Shown: one piece after another, positions 62,540-64,000 of the stretch
Layout: the number at the start of each line of letters is the position of its first letter
How positions within the stretch are numbered: position 1 is the first letter of the stretch
From: Bugula neritina
Lineage: Eukaryota; Animalia; Bryozoa
Direction: 5' to 3'
Assembly: GCA_964035545.1 (NCBI GenBank)
Contig: OZ037768.1
Coordinates: 21,795,319-21,859,318, forward strand
DNA: 64,000 nucleotides
Notes under the pieces: generated by a model
What the model was told of the DNA's origin: nothing
Database searches by the model: none
The model's input: only the letters and a program-made list of their open reading frames with translations
Translations under genes and position numbers: made by a program

Positions 62540-63913
62540 CTATACAAAAACTGCCAATCTAAATTTCCTACAGTAATTATTTCTTTTGAGACTTTCTGGA
62601 AGTTGAACAGTTGACGGCATAGACTGAGAGCCTGCACTATGTGTACTAGTTGCACTCAGACTATTCTGAGATAAAGTAGTTTCTTTTTTATTTGAAGCTG
62701 GTGCCAACTCCATGCTGTCACTAATGTAGCTGTTTGCAGTGATTACATCTGGCTCGTCCATTGATAATGTTGGAGTTGACACAAACGTTTTCTTCTTTGA
62801 TATTCTTATTGGATTGTATAGAGTGCTCTCCTCTACACTGTTTGCCCGAGAGCGAGATGTCAATGTTTGCTTGGCTGAGCTGATTAAATTATTTGGCAAT
62901 TTTTTGTGAGACTCTTCAGTCAAAGCTAACAGTGGCTGTGGGGAGTTATCGCTACGCTTTGGGCTAGTGATACATGATTCAACTGATCGCCGCTTACGGC
63001 TGAATCTGGGAGTGCTACTTGCGCTATTATTTGCTGAAGAGGGTGTGGAAAGCATATCTTCTTCTAAGTTGACCATAGCAAAGGTGTCCCACGTGTTTAT
63101 CTCTTTGTTGTATTTCAGTGGCGGAGTTAATGGGAAGTCTTCGTCCGCATGCGACATGCTCCTATCACTACTGTTTGTGTAGTCCAGATGTGTGACCCCT
63201 GAATCGGCTTGAGGAGAAAAGTCCTGTTTGTTTGGTTGTAAAACATCGGCTAAGTTTTCAGCGAATGATGCGTCTGAGTAAAAGCCTTCTTCTATCTCCA
63301 GCGTGCATTCCATCTCCTCCTCATATATTCCATTATACGAAGTGCTTTTTACAACTTCTTTAGTTTCAGTGGAAACAGCGAGACTGTACGGGTTTTCAAA
63401 TGCGGATACATTTTCTGAATAAGTTGAGTGTATTGATTCCACTAATTCTAAACCATGCCCATCCCAATCCAACTCCTGGTGATCCTCATTTAACGTCTGC
63501 GTTGAACCCACAGAAAATTGTTTTGCTGATGGCGTAGTGAGCACACTAGGAGAACAACTTCTTCCGGAACAATGAAAACAATCACCTAAAGCAGCTATTT
63601 GACTTAAACTAATATTTCTTACATCTTCATTGCTACTTTTACATTGTAGTACATTTTCCTCTCTCAACCACTGCTCAGCGAGTTCCAGTAAATCTCTTTC
63701 TTCTGCACAAATTGATTGGTTAAAGTTAAGTTTTTGTGAGATCCGATAAAGTACCTGTTTGACAGCGGTGATGTTGGCAAGAGCTTCCTCTACGCTCTTT
63801 GCTAGATTCAAAATACTCGCAGCAATCACATAAACCTGCTTGCTGATTGCCTCGTCAGTTTTCCTTTCAGAATTTGAAGAACCCTTGTCTTTAAGTAATT
63901 TCTCTTTATCCAT
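62540..63913 (-). CDS. Ser/acidic-rich 457-aa ORF of unknown function (large exon)
   Basis: Long stop-free ORF in AT-rich DNA, with an acceptor ctag|gttaat just upstream (63919). N-terminal amphipathic helices are followed by low-complexity, disordered-looking sequence. Confidence 0.7.
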   Translation of the reverse strand: MDKEKLLKDKGSSNSERKTDEAISKQVYVIAASILNLAKSVEEALANITAVKQVLYRISQKLNFNQSICAEERDLLELAEQWLREENVLQCKSSNEDVRNISLSQIAALGDCFHCSGRSCSPSVLTTPSAKQFSVGSTQTLNEDHQELDWDGHGLELVESIHSTYSENVSAFENPYSLAVSTETKEVVKSTSYNGIYEEEMECTLEIEEGFYSDASFAENLADVLQPNKQDFSPQADSGVTHLDYTNSSDRSMSHADEDFPLTPPLKYNKEINTWDTFAMVNLEEDMLSTPSSANNSASSTPRFSRKRRSVESCITSPKRSDNSPQPLLALTEESHKKLPNNLISSAKQTLTSRSRANSVEESTLYNPIRISKKKTFVSTPTLSMDEPDVITANSYISDSMELAPASNKKETTLSQNSLSATSTHSAGSQSMPSTVQLPESLKRNNYCRKFRLAVFV

Positions 63914-64000
63914 ATTAACCTAGAGTTTCACTGGCGGTTAGAGAGAGATGTAAATGTTTTCAGGTAGATAAGTTAACTGAGTAATATCCTAGAATGCAAA

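Overview
AT-rich, intron-containing animal (invertebrate-like) genomic DNA; the species cannot be determined from the sequence. Host genes: 3' exons of a GGA adaptor (+), a 17-exon 709-aa uncharacterised secreted protein (-), an FBXO31-like F-box gene (+), CCNDBP1 (-), MYDGF (+) and a large Ser-rich exon (-). A ~30 kb block of nested mobile elements lies at ~16.7-46.3 kb. It contains an RT-deleted CR1-like LINE, a decayed intron-rich RAG1/Transib-like transposase gene interrupted by a Penelope element with a hammerhead ribozyme, pogo and RTE fragments, and an unprocessed FGFR-like pseudogene. It also holds a 331-bp TRIM whose LTRs are built from a tRNA-like sequence, and a young Gypsy element with apparently identical LTRs. 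That Gypsy keeps gag, a -1 frameshift signal and protease, lacks RT/RNase H/integrase core, and carries a spliced zinc-finger/coiled-coil accessory gene. All exon models and family assignments were made by eye and from recalled motifs; no searches were run.
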